Part shown: positions 17,800-24,827 of the stretch, piece after piece
Numbering within the stretch: position 1 is the first letter of the stretch
Layout of the letters: each line of letters starts with the position of its first letter
Virus record (IMG/VR): IMGVR_UViG_3300019877_000001
Location: 1-42,492 of that record
Reading direction: 5' to 3' (one strand)
DNA length: 42,492 nt
Origin: a virus
Lineage: Duplodnaviria > Caudoviricetes
Program-made: the position numbers and the translations under genes
The notes under the pieces: generated by a model
The model's input: the letters and a program-made list of their open reading frames with translations, nothing else
Told to the model about the DNA's origin: nothing
Databases searched by the model: none

Positions 17800-17892
17800 C
17801 GTCAGCGGTCGTTTAAGATTGGCGTCTGGAATAGGGATGAGACCCCTACCGTGCGGGTAGCCGCTCGCACAGCAAAGCCCTCGCCAATCCCC
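17800..17892 (-). ncRNA. Candidate structured RNA (three-way junction plus pseudoknot) in an intergenic gap
   Basis: GAUUGGCG/CGCCAAUC closing stem, two inner hairpins, and loop AGCGG complementary to downstream CCGCU. Confidence 0.5.
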
Positions 17893-17898
17893 TACCTA

Positions 17899-18447
17899 TT
17901 ACTCCGGTCGACCGAGCTTGGCCTTGAATGCCCTCGCGAGCTCCGCCTTATCCATGGCCTGGAGTTCAGCGTCCGTTGGGTGACGATGCTCTCGCTCCCA
18001 AGCCGGACGCTCGTCCTTCTTCTCGGCGAAGGGGTCCGGTGCCTTCGAGTTTCCGGTCTGCTTCGCCAGCTGCTCCTTCATCTCCTTCTGCATCTTCTCG
18101 GGGACGAGTTGATTGATGAAAGCGGCCGACGCTTTCGCATCGGTGGCCAGTTCCATCAGCAACTCGTCGTAGGCCGGTGAATCCAGCAAATAGCTTTGCG
18201 CTTCTGGAGTCTTGAGGAAACGCGTGCCGTCTTCCGATCGCATGCCAACTGACAACTTGATGAAATCACGAAGCTCGTTGAGGATCGCTTTTCCGTCCTG
18301 AGCAGCGATGATGCGCTCGATGCGCTTCTTCATGTCATCGCCACTGAAAGCCAGTTCCATGAACTCGGCCTTGGAAATGTGGAAATAGAAGTCTTGCGAT
18401 TGCTGCTCACCTTCGAAGTCCTCGAAGGTGATGGTCTTCTTGAACAT
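17899..18447 (-). CDS. Phage protein, probably tail-assembly-chaperone family, located outside the tail module
   Basis: KKTITFEDFEG...DFYFHISKAE...G.RSEDG.RF.K...AYDELLMEL; family assignment is from recollection only. Confidence 0.5.
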   Translation of the reverse strand: MFKKTITFEDFEGEQQSQDFYFHISKAEFMELAFSGDDMKKRIERIIAAQDGKAILNELRDFIKLSVGMRSEDGTRFLKTPEAQSYLLDSPAYDELLMELATDAKASAAFINQLVPEKMQKEMKEQLAKQTGNSKAPDPFAEKKDERPAWEREHRHPTDAELQAMDKAELARAFKAKLGRPE

Positions 18448-18455
18448 CGGTTTCC

Positions 18456-19232
18456 TTACTGGCAGCGATCGTAACCGCGGATCGGCACCTTGTTGTAGCT
18501 GATGGAAATGGCCGGCCTTCCGTCCTGAAGAACCGTTGTACCGTATTCGACGTCGAGCAGTTCGTCGCTGTTCCAGCCGAATTCGTCGGAGATCTGCGTC
18601 TTGGGGAGACCGATCATCTCGTAGAAATCGGAAAGCGAGGCACAGTAGAAGTTGTTGATCTTGTAGTTGATCTCGTTGACGGCCTTACGGATCGTCTCCA
18701 TCTCGTTCTTGAAGTAACGACCCGACCATTCGTCGAAGAACACTACTTCCGACCCGGAGATGATGACGACTTCACTACCGGGAGTTCGAGCCATCTTGTC
18801 CGCGGCGAGCTCAGTCCGCATTTTCTCTTCGTTCTTAAGGCCGAGAGTCTTGACGACCCTGTCCTTGTATTCCCCAGAGAGTTGCTCGGACAATTTGAAA
18901 GCAGCCGCGATAGCCGCTGCTCTGCGCGATCCGATGTGATTCGCCGCCACGATGCAGGTGATGGTCGCCGAACCAGCGATGATCGGAGGAACGAATTCGT
19001 TCCAATATGTCTTGATCAGATGCTTCGGTTCGAGTAGGTGAGCGGGGAGAGGCTCGCCTTCCTCGAGTGCTTCGTGATACTGAGTGCCGGCGTCCATGCC
19101 GACTCGATAGGCGGATCGACCGGTCAGGATCGCCGTTGTGATTGCGCCCGCCACTCCGAGACCGGTCAAGATCCCGGGGGAATTGTCGGTGACAAACTTC
19201 TCAGTTGCCTGAAGAACCGTCTTCCACGTCAT
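18456..19232 (-). CDS. DUF6353-like protein (second paralogue)
   Basis: NSPGILTGLGVAG...Y..P...ASLSDFYEMIGL...FGW. Confidence 0.7.
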   Translation of the reverse strand: MTWKTVLQATEKFVTDNSPGILTGLGVAGAITTAILTGRSAYRVGMDAGTQYHEALEEGEPLPAHLLEPKHLIKTYWNEFVPPIIAGSATITCIVAANHIGSRRAAAIAAAFKLSEQLSGEYKDRVVKTLGLKNEEKMRTELAADKMARTPGSEVVIISGSEVVFFDEWSGRYFKNEMETIRKAVNEINYKINNFYCASLSDFYEMIGLPKTQISDEFGWNSDELLDVEYGTTVLQDGRPAISISYNKVPIRGYDRCQ

Positions 19233-19428
19233 CTGTATCCTCCTTTTTCGGATAATCAGCGAATCGGCCTTCTTTCTCAGCCAAATCTATCTCAAGTTTC
19301 ATTTCCGCGATCCGGCCTTTTTGTCTACTTCTTTCCGCCAGAAATTCCAACGTCTTGACGGCTAGAGCCATGAGGAACATCAAGACAATCAAAACAATTA
19401 CGAAACGGAGGACATCGTTCTCAGGCAT
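19201..19428 (-). CDS. Small membrane protein
   Basis: One hydrophobic helix, FVIVLIVLMFLMALAV. Confidence 0.65.
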   Translation of the reverse strand: MPENDVLRFVIVLIVLMFLMALAVKTLEFLAERSRQKGRIAEMKLEIDLAEKEGRFADYPKKEDTDDVEDGSSGN

Positions 19429-19891
19429 TATTCAACACCACGTTAGTGGTGACCCCCATAGCCTTGAACTCGAATGAGAGTGTGTTGAAACCGACAACGA
19501 ACTCCTTGGAATCGGCTTGCGACATGATTATTCCGTCCGTCTCTACCTTGTCGGAGACAATCGTGTCACCATTCGATCCTTGAGTCTTGAAAGTGCCGTT
19601 CCAGTACAACATCGATGTCGGTCCGTTCACCAACCGAATCGCGATTGAATCGTCCCGCACGGTTGCATCGAAGCGCAAATCGTTGACCTCGGCAGTCCAC
19701 TCGCCGTCGAGCTCGATCATCGGGAGCGCCACGCTAGTTGCATGAGTACCTTCGACGTTGGGGGCGGTGTCGGACGAGTTGTTTGACGAGATCATAGTCG
19801 ATACCAGGGCGATGGCCCCGAACACCATCACCAGGGCAATGAGCACCCCAACGATGAGCGGGGTGTTGCGGCGAGTAGCATTGTGCGCCAT
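19421..19891 (-). CDS. Membrane-anchored protein with a beta-rich domain
   Basis: RBS GAAGGAGA before the ATG at 19891; basic N-terminus, TM helix, S/T/P linker. Confidence 0.75.
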   Translation of the reverse strand: MAHNATRRNTPLIVGVLIALVMVFGAIALVSTMISSNNSSDTAPNVEGTHATSVALPMIELDGEWTAEVNDLRFDATVRDDSIAIRLVNGPTSMLYWNGTFKTQGSNGDTIVSDKVETDGIIMSQADSKEFVVGFNTLSFEFKAMGVTTNVVLNNA

Positions 19892-19916
19892 TTCTTTCTC
19901 CTTCATAGTTTTTGTC

Positions 19917-20038
19917 AAAAATAAGAAGAGGTGTTAGCCCAACGAAAGCTAACCGTTAAGCAGCTATCTCATTGCTGCCACTCCGGGTAGGGGTCTAACC
20001 TACACATTCGTGTCTCGGAACCTTGCGGTCTCTTCTCT
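19917..20038 (-). ncRNA. Candidate ~120-nt multi-stem small RNA with its own promoter
   Basis: Starts just after the promoter motif; AGAAGAG/CUCUUCU closing stem followed by UAUUUUU; four to five internal hairpins; no ORF. Confidence 0.65.
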
Positions 20039-20065
20039 CCATTATATGGCCTGTAATTCCTGCGA
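20033..20065 (-). promoter_or_regulatory. Phage promoter-like motif
   Basis: TCGCAGGAATTACAGGCCATATAATGGAGAGAA. Confidence 0.75.
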
Positions 20066-20066
20066 T

Positions 20067-20150
20067 TCACACAACTAGTAGAACAACGGTCGCGAATATT
20101 GCTGATAATACGATCACCGCAATGATGAAAGCTATGAACTCTACGTCCAT
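20067..20150 (-). CDS. 27-aa hydrophobic peptide
   Basis: MDVEFIAFIIAVIVLSAIFATVVLLVV*; G-run upstream; fills the gap between a terminator and the next promoter. Confidence 0.55.
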   Translation of the reverse strand: MDVEFIAFIIAVIVLSAIFATVVLLVV

Positions 20151-20171
20151 CGAACCCCCCACAGATCGGCG

Positions 20172-20198
20172 AAACCTAAACCCCTTGCGGGGTAGGTT
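20172..20198 (-). terminator. Cassette terminator (copy 2)
   Basis: AACCTA-CCCC-GCAA-GGGG-TT-TAGGTTT, directly after a stop codon. Confidence 0.7.
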
Positions 20199-20200
20199 AT

Positions 20201-20422
20201 CTACTTGAACTTTGCTTTGGCTGCAATAACAGCGATCTCACAGATGGTGTTCAGTGCTTTGTTCGCAGCGATCACAGCGCCGACAGCGCCGATAGCTTTC
20301 ACTGTGTATTCCGTAGCGATCTTAGCGATCTGCTCGGGATCCACAGAAATGGTCTCGGGTGCGTCGACACCGTTCTCGGCGTCCTTCACGAACTTCACCT
20401 GCATAGAGCGGTTTTTGAACAT
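20201..20422 (-). CDS. Small cassette protein (73 aa)
   Basis: Has its own promoter motif, TAAGGA RBS and terminator. Confidence 0.75.
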   Translation of the reverse strand: MFKNRSMQVKFVKDAENGVDAPETISVDPEQIAKIATEYTVKAIGAVGAVIAANKALNTICEIAVIAAKAKFK

Positions 20423-20438
20423 GGCTTATCCTTAAGTA

Positions 20439-20471
20439 GGGGTCTCACTATAAGCCATGTAAATTTTGCGA
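20439..20471 (-). promoter_or_regulatory. Phage promoter-like motif
   Basis: Identical to 17747-17779; abuts the upstream terminator. Confidence 0.8.
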
Positions 20472-20503
20472 AACCTAAAGCCCTTGTGGGGGGCTCGAGG
20501 TTT
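20471..20503 (-). terminator. Cassette terminator (copy 3)
   Basis: AAACCT-CG-AGCCC-CCCACAA-GGGCT-TT-AGGTTT. Confidence 0.7.
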
Positions 20504-20508
20504 GTGAG

Positions 20509-20691
20509 TCAGTTTTCCTTCTGGGCGTCTTCCATTAGTTCGGTGATGATGTCCTTCTTGTCGACGGCTTTCTTCGCACGGCGCTCCTTCACCTTGTCCA
20601 CAATCAGCACGGTTGTGATGATGACTGCAGAATAGGCGAGGGCACCGACGACGGGGCCGGCAATGATGGCGACATCTTTCTTGTTGAACAT
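20509..20691 (-). CDS. Small single-TM cassette protein (60 aa)
   Basis: GAAAGGA RBS before the ATG at 20691; TM helix then charged tail. Confidence 0.75.
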   Translation of the reverse strand: MFNKKDVAIIAGPVVGALAYSAVIITTVLIVDKVKERRAKKAVDKKDIITELMEDAQKEN

Positions 20692-20707
20692 GGTAGTTCC
20701 TTTCATA

Positions 20708-20740
20708 GGGGTCTCATTATAGGCCTTGTAAATCCTGCGA
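20708..20740 (-). promoter_or_regulatory. Phage promoter-like motif
   Basis: TCGCAGGATTTACAAGGCCTATAATGAGACCCC. Confidence 0.8.
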
Positions 20741-20766
20741 CCAAAATTTAAACCACGTGTTTATTG

Positions 20767-20814
20767 CTCGAAAACCATACGACACGTAGGGATCTACATG
20801 CCGTATGGCTCGAG
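20767..20814 (-). terminator. Long hairpin after a cassette gene (terminator or processing stem)
   Basis: 16-bp stem GCCAUACGGCAUGUAG/CUACGUGUCGUAUGGU (three G-U pairs) plus a CUCGA/UCGAG extension. Confidence 0.6.
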
Positions 20815-20835
20815 GCTTTTTGGTGTTTAGCTTGG

Positions 20836-21249
20836 TCAGATGATCTTCCTCAGAAGCCCGAAGGTCTTCGTGGCGATCACGTGTGCTCGTTCGTGATTCA
20901 GGATCATGAACATTCCAGCGAGGTGGGTTCCGACAGTCACCCAGGTCTCCAGGCTGACGGAGTCTTTCTTGCGCATTTCGATGAGCTTGGCGCTTGCGGC
21001 GACTGCCTTACCGTACTCTTCGGTTTGGTTCCTCCGAAGTTGATACAGCTTGGCAACCGCGTTGGCCATTTTGTCGTACTCTTCGTCATACGCAGTCAGG
21101 TTCTCCATCAACCCGAACAACTGCATGATTTGCTTGTCGAGTTCTGTCTCGACCTCGTCTTTCGTGTCCAGTTCATCCATTATCTCGAACGAGTTAGTGA
21201 TCTGCTCGTCGAGTTCCTTCTCAACTTCGTCTTCTTGTCGTTTGAACAT
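20836..21249 (-). CDS. Cassette protein with internal tandem duplications
   Basis: Has its own promoter motif and GAAAGG RBS; two duplicated helical segments. Confidence 0.75.
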   Translation of the reverse strand: MFKRQEDEVEKELDEQITNSFEIMDELDTKDEVETELDKQIMQLFGLMENLTAYDEEYDKMANAVAKLYQLRRNQTEEYGKAVAASAKLIEMRKKDSVSLETWVTVGTHLAGMFMILNHERAHVIATKTFGLLRKII

Positions 21250-21265
21250 GGCTTAAACCTTTCAT

Positions 21266-21298
21266 AGGGTCTCATCATAAGCCATGTTTATCTTGCGA
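21266..21298 (-). promoter_or_regulatory. Phage promoter-like motif (first of the cassette region)
   Basis: TCGCAAGATAAACATGGCTTATGATGAGACCCT, immediately after the holin stop. Confidence 0.78.
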
Positions 21299-21299
21299 G

Positions 21300-21653
21300 T
21301 TACACTTGCTGCTCGCGACGAACGTCGAAGACGACCTGTTGCTGATCCGGGAGAATGAATGGATCCTCGTAAGCCTCGAATCGCATGCCGTTGGCGGTTC
21401 CATCCACGTCCTGCTTCACCACGAGCTTGCCCATGGGTTTCGCGCCGACCAAATTCCTGGGACTGTTCACGTAGTTGTTCGAGCTCTTGTTGAGTATGAG
21501 GCCCAGGAACGTGTCCACGACAGTTACGGAACCTACTACCTGCTCGATCGCAGGGAAGTTCCAGAGTTGCCCAAGGCCGAAGTAGAGCGTCGCGAGTCCC
21601 GGAAGCACCACGAGAGCGACATATTTCAGTGCGTCGTAGAGTCTACTGTCCAT
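21300..21653 (-). CDS. Holin (Dp-1 family-like) with soluble C-terminal extension
   Basis: LYDALKYVALVVLPGLATLY...EQVVGS.TVVDTFLG.IL..SS..Y. Confidence 0.8.
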   Translation of the reverse strand: MDSRLYDALKYVALVVLPGLATLYFGLGQLWNFPAIEQVVGSVTVVDTFLGLILNKSSNNYVNSPRNLVGAKPMGKLVVKQDVDGTANGMRFEAYEDPFILPDQQQVVFDVRREQQV

Positions 21654-21972
21654 GACTTTCTCCTTGCATCTGTTCGAGAACGGAAACCCTTCGTTTTAGA
21701 GCTTCGTTTTCTGCCAATAGTCCTCTTACTTTTTCTCGAAGTTCTCGGCCATTCTTCCGGAGCTCTTCGATTTCTTCGTCCTGACGCTTGATAGTCTCAA
21801 TGTCCATTTTTCGTGCCCGATTGTACGCTTCGGTTTCCGCTTGTATTTTCGCACTGGCCATGGACGCGTCACTGTTGTATTTGGCAGCATTTCGAGCCGC
21901 CTTACCTGATAAATATGCTGAGATGACGCTAATCAGAGCCACGATTACAATGGCCCAATCAGAGCCGTCCAT
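21643..21972 (-). CDS. Membrane protein with coiled coil (lysis-cassette associated)
   Basis: N-terminal TM, heptad-rich C-terminus; directly upstream of the holin. Confidence 0.75.
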   Translation of the reverse strand: MDGSDWAIVIVALISVISAYLSGKAARNAAKYNSDASMASAKIQAETEAYNRARKMDIETIKRQDEEIEELRKNGRELREKVRGLLAENEALKRRVSVLEQMQGESHGQ

Positions 21973-22399
21973 TGTTTGTCACCGCCGTTTTATCGGGGTT
22001 TAGCAGGCCAGAGATAGCCCACCACATAAATGCAAGGATGCCCCAAACGAGTACTTGTGTGCTGTTTATGACAGGAGCCTCGAAGAAGAGGATTCCCAAC
22101 AAATATGTGGCTGCCCACCCCGCAGACAACCCAGTCAGCACCATGTACCCCCATGTCTCCGTCAAAGGAGGCCATCGAGAGGACACCATCGCCAAAGCTC
22201 CTGCGGCCATAAACAAACCACCCCATACTTCTATCGGAGCGATTTGCAGAACCACCGCAAGAGCCCTTTCTCTACCTTTAGACGGCTCTGAAGCAATGTA
22301 TAAGAATCCGATGAGCACGTAAAGAATTCCAACCACCATGAGTATCGTGCTATGCCTTTTCCAAGGCCGAAGTCCCCAATATCTACGCTTCATTCTCAT
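21959..22399 (-). CDS. Four-TM membrane protein (lysis-cassette associated)
   Basis: Four hydrophobic segments; ATGA overlap at 22396-22399. Confidence 0.75.
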   Translation of the reverse strand: MRMKRRYWGLRPWKRHSTILMVVGILYVLIGFLYIASEPSKGRERALAVVLQIAPIEVWGGLFMAAGALAMVSSRWPPLTETWGYMVLTGLSAGWAATYLLGILFFEAPVINSTQVLVWGILAFMWWAISGLLNPDKTAVTNNGRL

Positions 22400-23376
22400 G
22401 CGGAAGTCTGCTTCCACACGCCCGCGTTTTTCACCCATGGTTTTGCCACCTTCCACACACCACCAACGTTTACATATGGCACTGCGCGTTTCCATTCAGT
22501 ACCCACAAGGACCCGTACTCCGGACAGCAAGTTTACTTTGGACCTTGCCGACCACGGGCTCCATCCAACCGCATTTTCACTCCTGGCCCAGAAATAATAC
22601 GTAGCTCCTGGGTCCAGATCTGTGAGTGTGTGAATGCCACTAAGATTGTTCAGGAAATCAGTTGGATCATCCGGATCTGTGCCGTATCCAAGCTGGTGAT
22701 CGATGAACGCCGTCCCACCGTCAAAACTACCGTAGAATTGCGTTCTTACCGACGTTTGCTTTACTTGACTTGTGTAGACGATGCTTGGTGGATCGGGGAC
22801 TCGCCACGTCGTGCCTTCCCCTCGGACAGACCAACCACTCCATCCGAGGGCGTTCCTTGCGCGAGCCCAGAAATAGACTCGCTGACCGGCAGTGAATCCT
22901 CCAACGTCAGAAGTTCCACTTGAGCCCACAGTAAACTGCGGCCCATTTGACGATGATCCGTATCCGATTTGCCATTCGAGGACTGGCGATCCGCCGTCAT
23001 TGTTCCCTTGGAAGACGACATGGAACTCTGTGGTGGAGTTCGGTTCGATAGAGAGAATTGTGGGTGGCTGGGGTACCGTCGTTCGTTGAATATGTTGCGT
23101 GAACGTGTGTGTCGGATAGCCAAGACCTGCTCCGATGATCGTGAAGCTAACATCTTGGTCATACCCGACATATACGGCACCGAACTTCTGCCAAAATCCT
23201 CCCCGGAGCAATCTGTACTTAAGCAATCCCGAATACGCGCCATTTGCGGTGTAAGACCATTGCTGATCGTTATTCCACGTTTGAGCACCTGTGACGAACC
23301 AGAACTCGACCCAGCCACCAGTGTCTCGGATCATCATTGTCGACGATCCACCGATGCCGACTGTGTAATCGGTCAT
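22396..23376 (-). CDS. Minor tail protein with two fibronectin type III domains
   Basis: Two repeats ending YFWARARNALGWSGWS and YYFWARSENAVGWSPWS. Confidence 0.8.
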   Translation of the reverse strand: MTDYTVGIGGSSTMMIRDTGGWVEFWFVTGAQTWNNDQQWSYTANGAYSGLLKYRLLRGGFWQKFGAVYVGYDQDVSFTIIGAGLGYPTHTFTQHIQRTTVPQPPTILSIEPNSTTEFHVVFQGNNDGGSPVLEWQIGYGSSSNGPQFTVGSSGTSDVGGFTAGQRVYFWARARNALGWSGWSVRGEGTTWRVPDPPSIVYTSQVKQTSVRTQFYGSFDGGTAFIDHQLGYGTDPDDPTDFLNNLSGIHTLTDLDPGATYYFWARSENAVGWSPWSARSKVNLLSGVRVLVGTEWKRAVPYVNVGGVWKVAKPWVKNAGVWKQTSA

Positions 23377-23612
23377 GGCAAGATCTTGAAGTAGATATCC
23401 CCGTCCGTACCGCCTGTGGGTTCGGCGGTTCCGGAAGAGATGCCGGATTGCGTTCGGAAGCTCGCCTTGCTGATCGGAATCAGCGCCTTCAGCAGGGCGA
23501 TGAAGTCGCGAGTTCGGTTGAGCTCACGAGCACCCCACTTTACTTTGCCTTCTTCCCCCGTATCCGGAACAAGGGGATAACCCGCGGCCGCAGCTTGATC
23601 TCCGATAGCCAT
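23373..23612 (-). CDS. Small minor tail protein
   Basis: C-terminal SGTAEPTGGTDGDIYFK motif common in tail fibre proteins. Confidence 0.7.
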   Translation of the reverse strand: MAIGDQAAAAGYPLVPDTGEEGKVKWGARELNRTRDFIALLKALIPISKASFRTQSGISSGTAEPTGGTDGDIYFKILP

Positions 23613-23627
23613 GGAGGCCTCCTCTCA

Positions 23628-24827
23628 TTACTGATTGTCCCAGTATTCTCCAGAACCCATCGCGGACCATTCCACGTCGTATTTCCAGGAAGACCAAGTA
23701 CCGGGGTTGATGAATGTTTTGGTTATTAATGAAGGGAAAGAACTTTGTCCGGTAGCATCTTCTTTGAAGATCTGTTCGACTACCCGCATGTAGCCTGCGG
23801 CGCCGTTATCGCCACGTACCTCAACCAGATCGCCGAGATAGTAATCTCGCTCGTATACGAAATCACTGTTCTGGTCTATTTCCCCATCGAAAACACCTGT
23901 CGGTCGAGACTTCATCAGTTCGTCGTTTCCGGCTTGCGTGAGGAAAGCCGGTATATCTGTGACTTCGTCCGGAATTGCGGTTACCGTGAGGATTTTGACT
24001 TTTCTCTCGAAACCGTTATTTGAAAGGAGCAGCTCGGGATCTGTAACGACAACCGAAGTCACCACATCATTATCGGACACATCCTTGTGAGGATATAGAA
24101 CTCGAATGACATTGTAGTGTTTACTGTTGTCGCTGAACTCATTGGTATTCTGGAGATTTGTCATATCCGACGAAAATATGACGGCAGGTAAAGTTGTCTG
24201 AACGCTCGTTCGATCACTTCCGGCATATACATCGAAATATAGCTTGGGTGCGTCCGGATCCTTGTACAGCCGGAAACCCAGATCGTAGGGGTCTCCGATT
24301 GCCTTTAGCGCTGCGTACAATGACGCCGGTTTTTGCACCCATTCGATCTCATCCGCCGGCTCGGGAATTGTGCCTGGCGCATACAATGTCTCGCCGTCCT
24401 GAAAGAATGGGATAATGTCGTCTACCGACAGCTCCCCCGTCACACAGATCATCGAGAACATAAGGCGCATGAGATCGCCCGGTGTCCAGCCAACCAAATG
24501 CCAGGACGGCAGTATTTCTCCACTGATAAGGCGCAAAGCTGTTCGAGCATCGAGAAGTGAAACTATTTCTCGACCTTTGATTTTCAGTACAGCGCCTTTT
24601 TCGGCGTCTATTGTTGTTTCGATTGTTTCTACTTGCATCAATCGCTTGGACTCAGTGATTGATATCAATGTATTGAAAACGAACCGCTTTCGATTCGCTG
24701 AGGTGGAGAGAGTGACAAGCTCGAAGTCACCCATCTCCGAAAACCTCTCAGTCCATATTATGGACACGAACTGATCTACCACATCGATCGGGCGTAGCAA
24801 ACTATCAAGAATGTAAATATCCATCAC
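23628..24827 (-). CDS. Minor tail / baseplate hub protein (ReqiPepy6 gp37-like)
   Basis: S.IWTERF...GDFEL start; Y.RDY.LGDLV near the end; follows Dit. Confidence 0.8.
   Translation of the reverse strand: MMDIYILDSLLRPIDVVDQFVSIIWTERFSEMGDFELVTLSTSANRKRFVFNTLISITESKRLMQVETIETTIDAEKGAVLKIKGREIVSLLDARTALRLISGEILPSWHLVGWTPGDLMRLMFSMICVTGELSVDDIIPFFQDGETLYAPGTIPEPADEIEWVQKPASLYAALKAIGDPYDLGFRLYKDPDAPKLYFDVYAGSDRTSVQTTLPAVIFSSDMTNLQNTNEFSDNSKHYNVIRVLYPHKDVSDNDVVTSVVVTDPELLLSNNGFERKVKILTVTAIPDEVTDIPAFLTQAGNDELMKSRPTGVFDGEIDQNSDFVYERDYYLGDLVEVRGDNGAAGYMRVVEQIFKEDATGQSSFPSLITKTFINPGTWSSWKYDVEWSAMGSGEYWDNQ

Noticed and set aside
17780-17892. ZTP (pfl) riboswitch or HDV-like ribozyme
   Set aside because: Only short words match (UGGCG, CGCCCGCC); the required stem order and conserved junction residues were not found.
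19917-20038. tRNA or tmRNA
   Set aside because: No GUUCRA T-loop, D-loop consensus or CCA end.
17747-21298. 33-bp repeats as a CRISPR array or integron attC sites
   Set aside because: Spacing is irregular and gene-sized, the repeats are not palindromic, and no cas or integrase gene is visible; position and the TATRRT box fit promoters.
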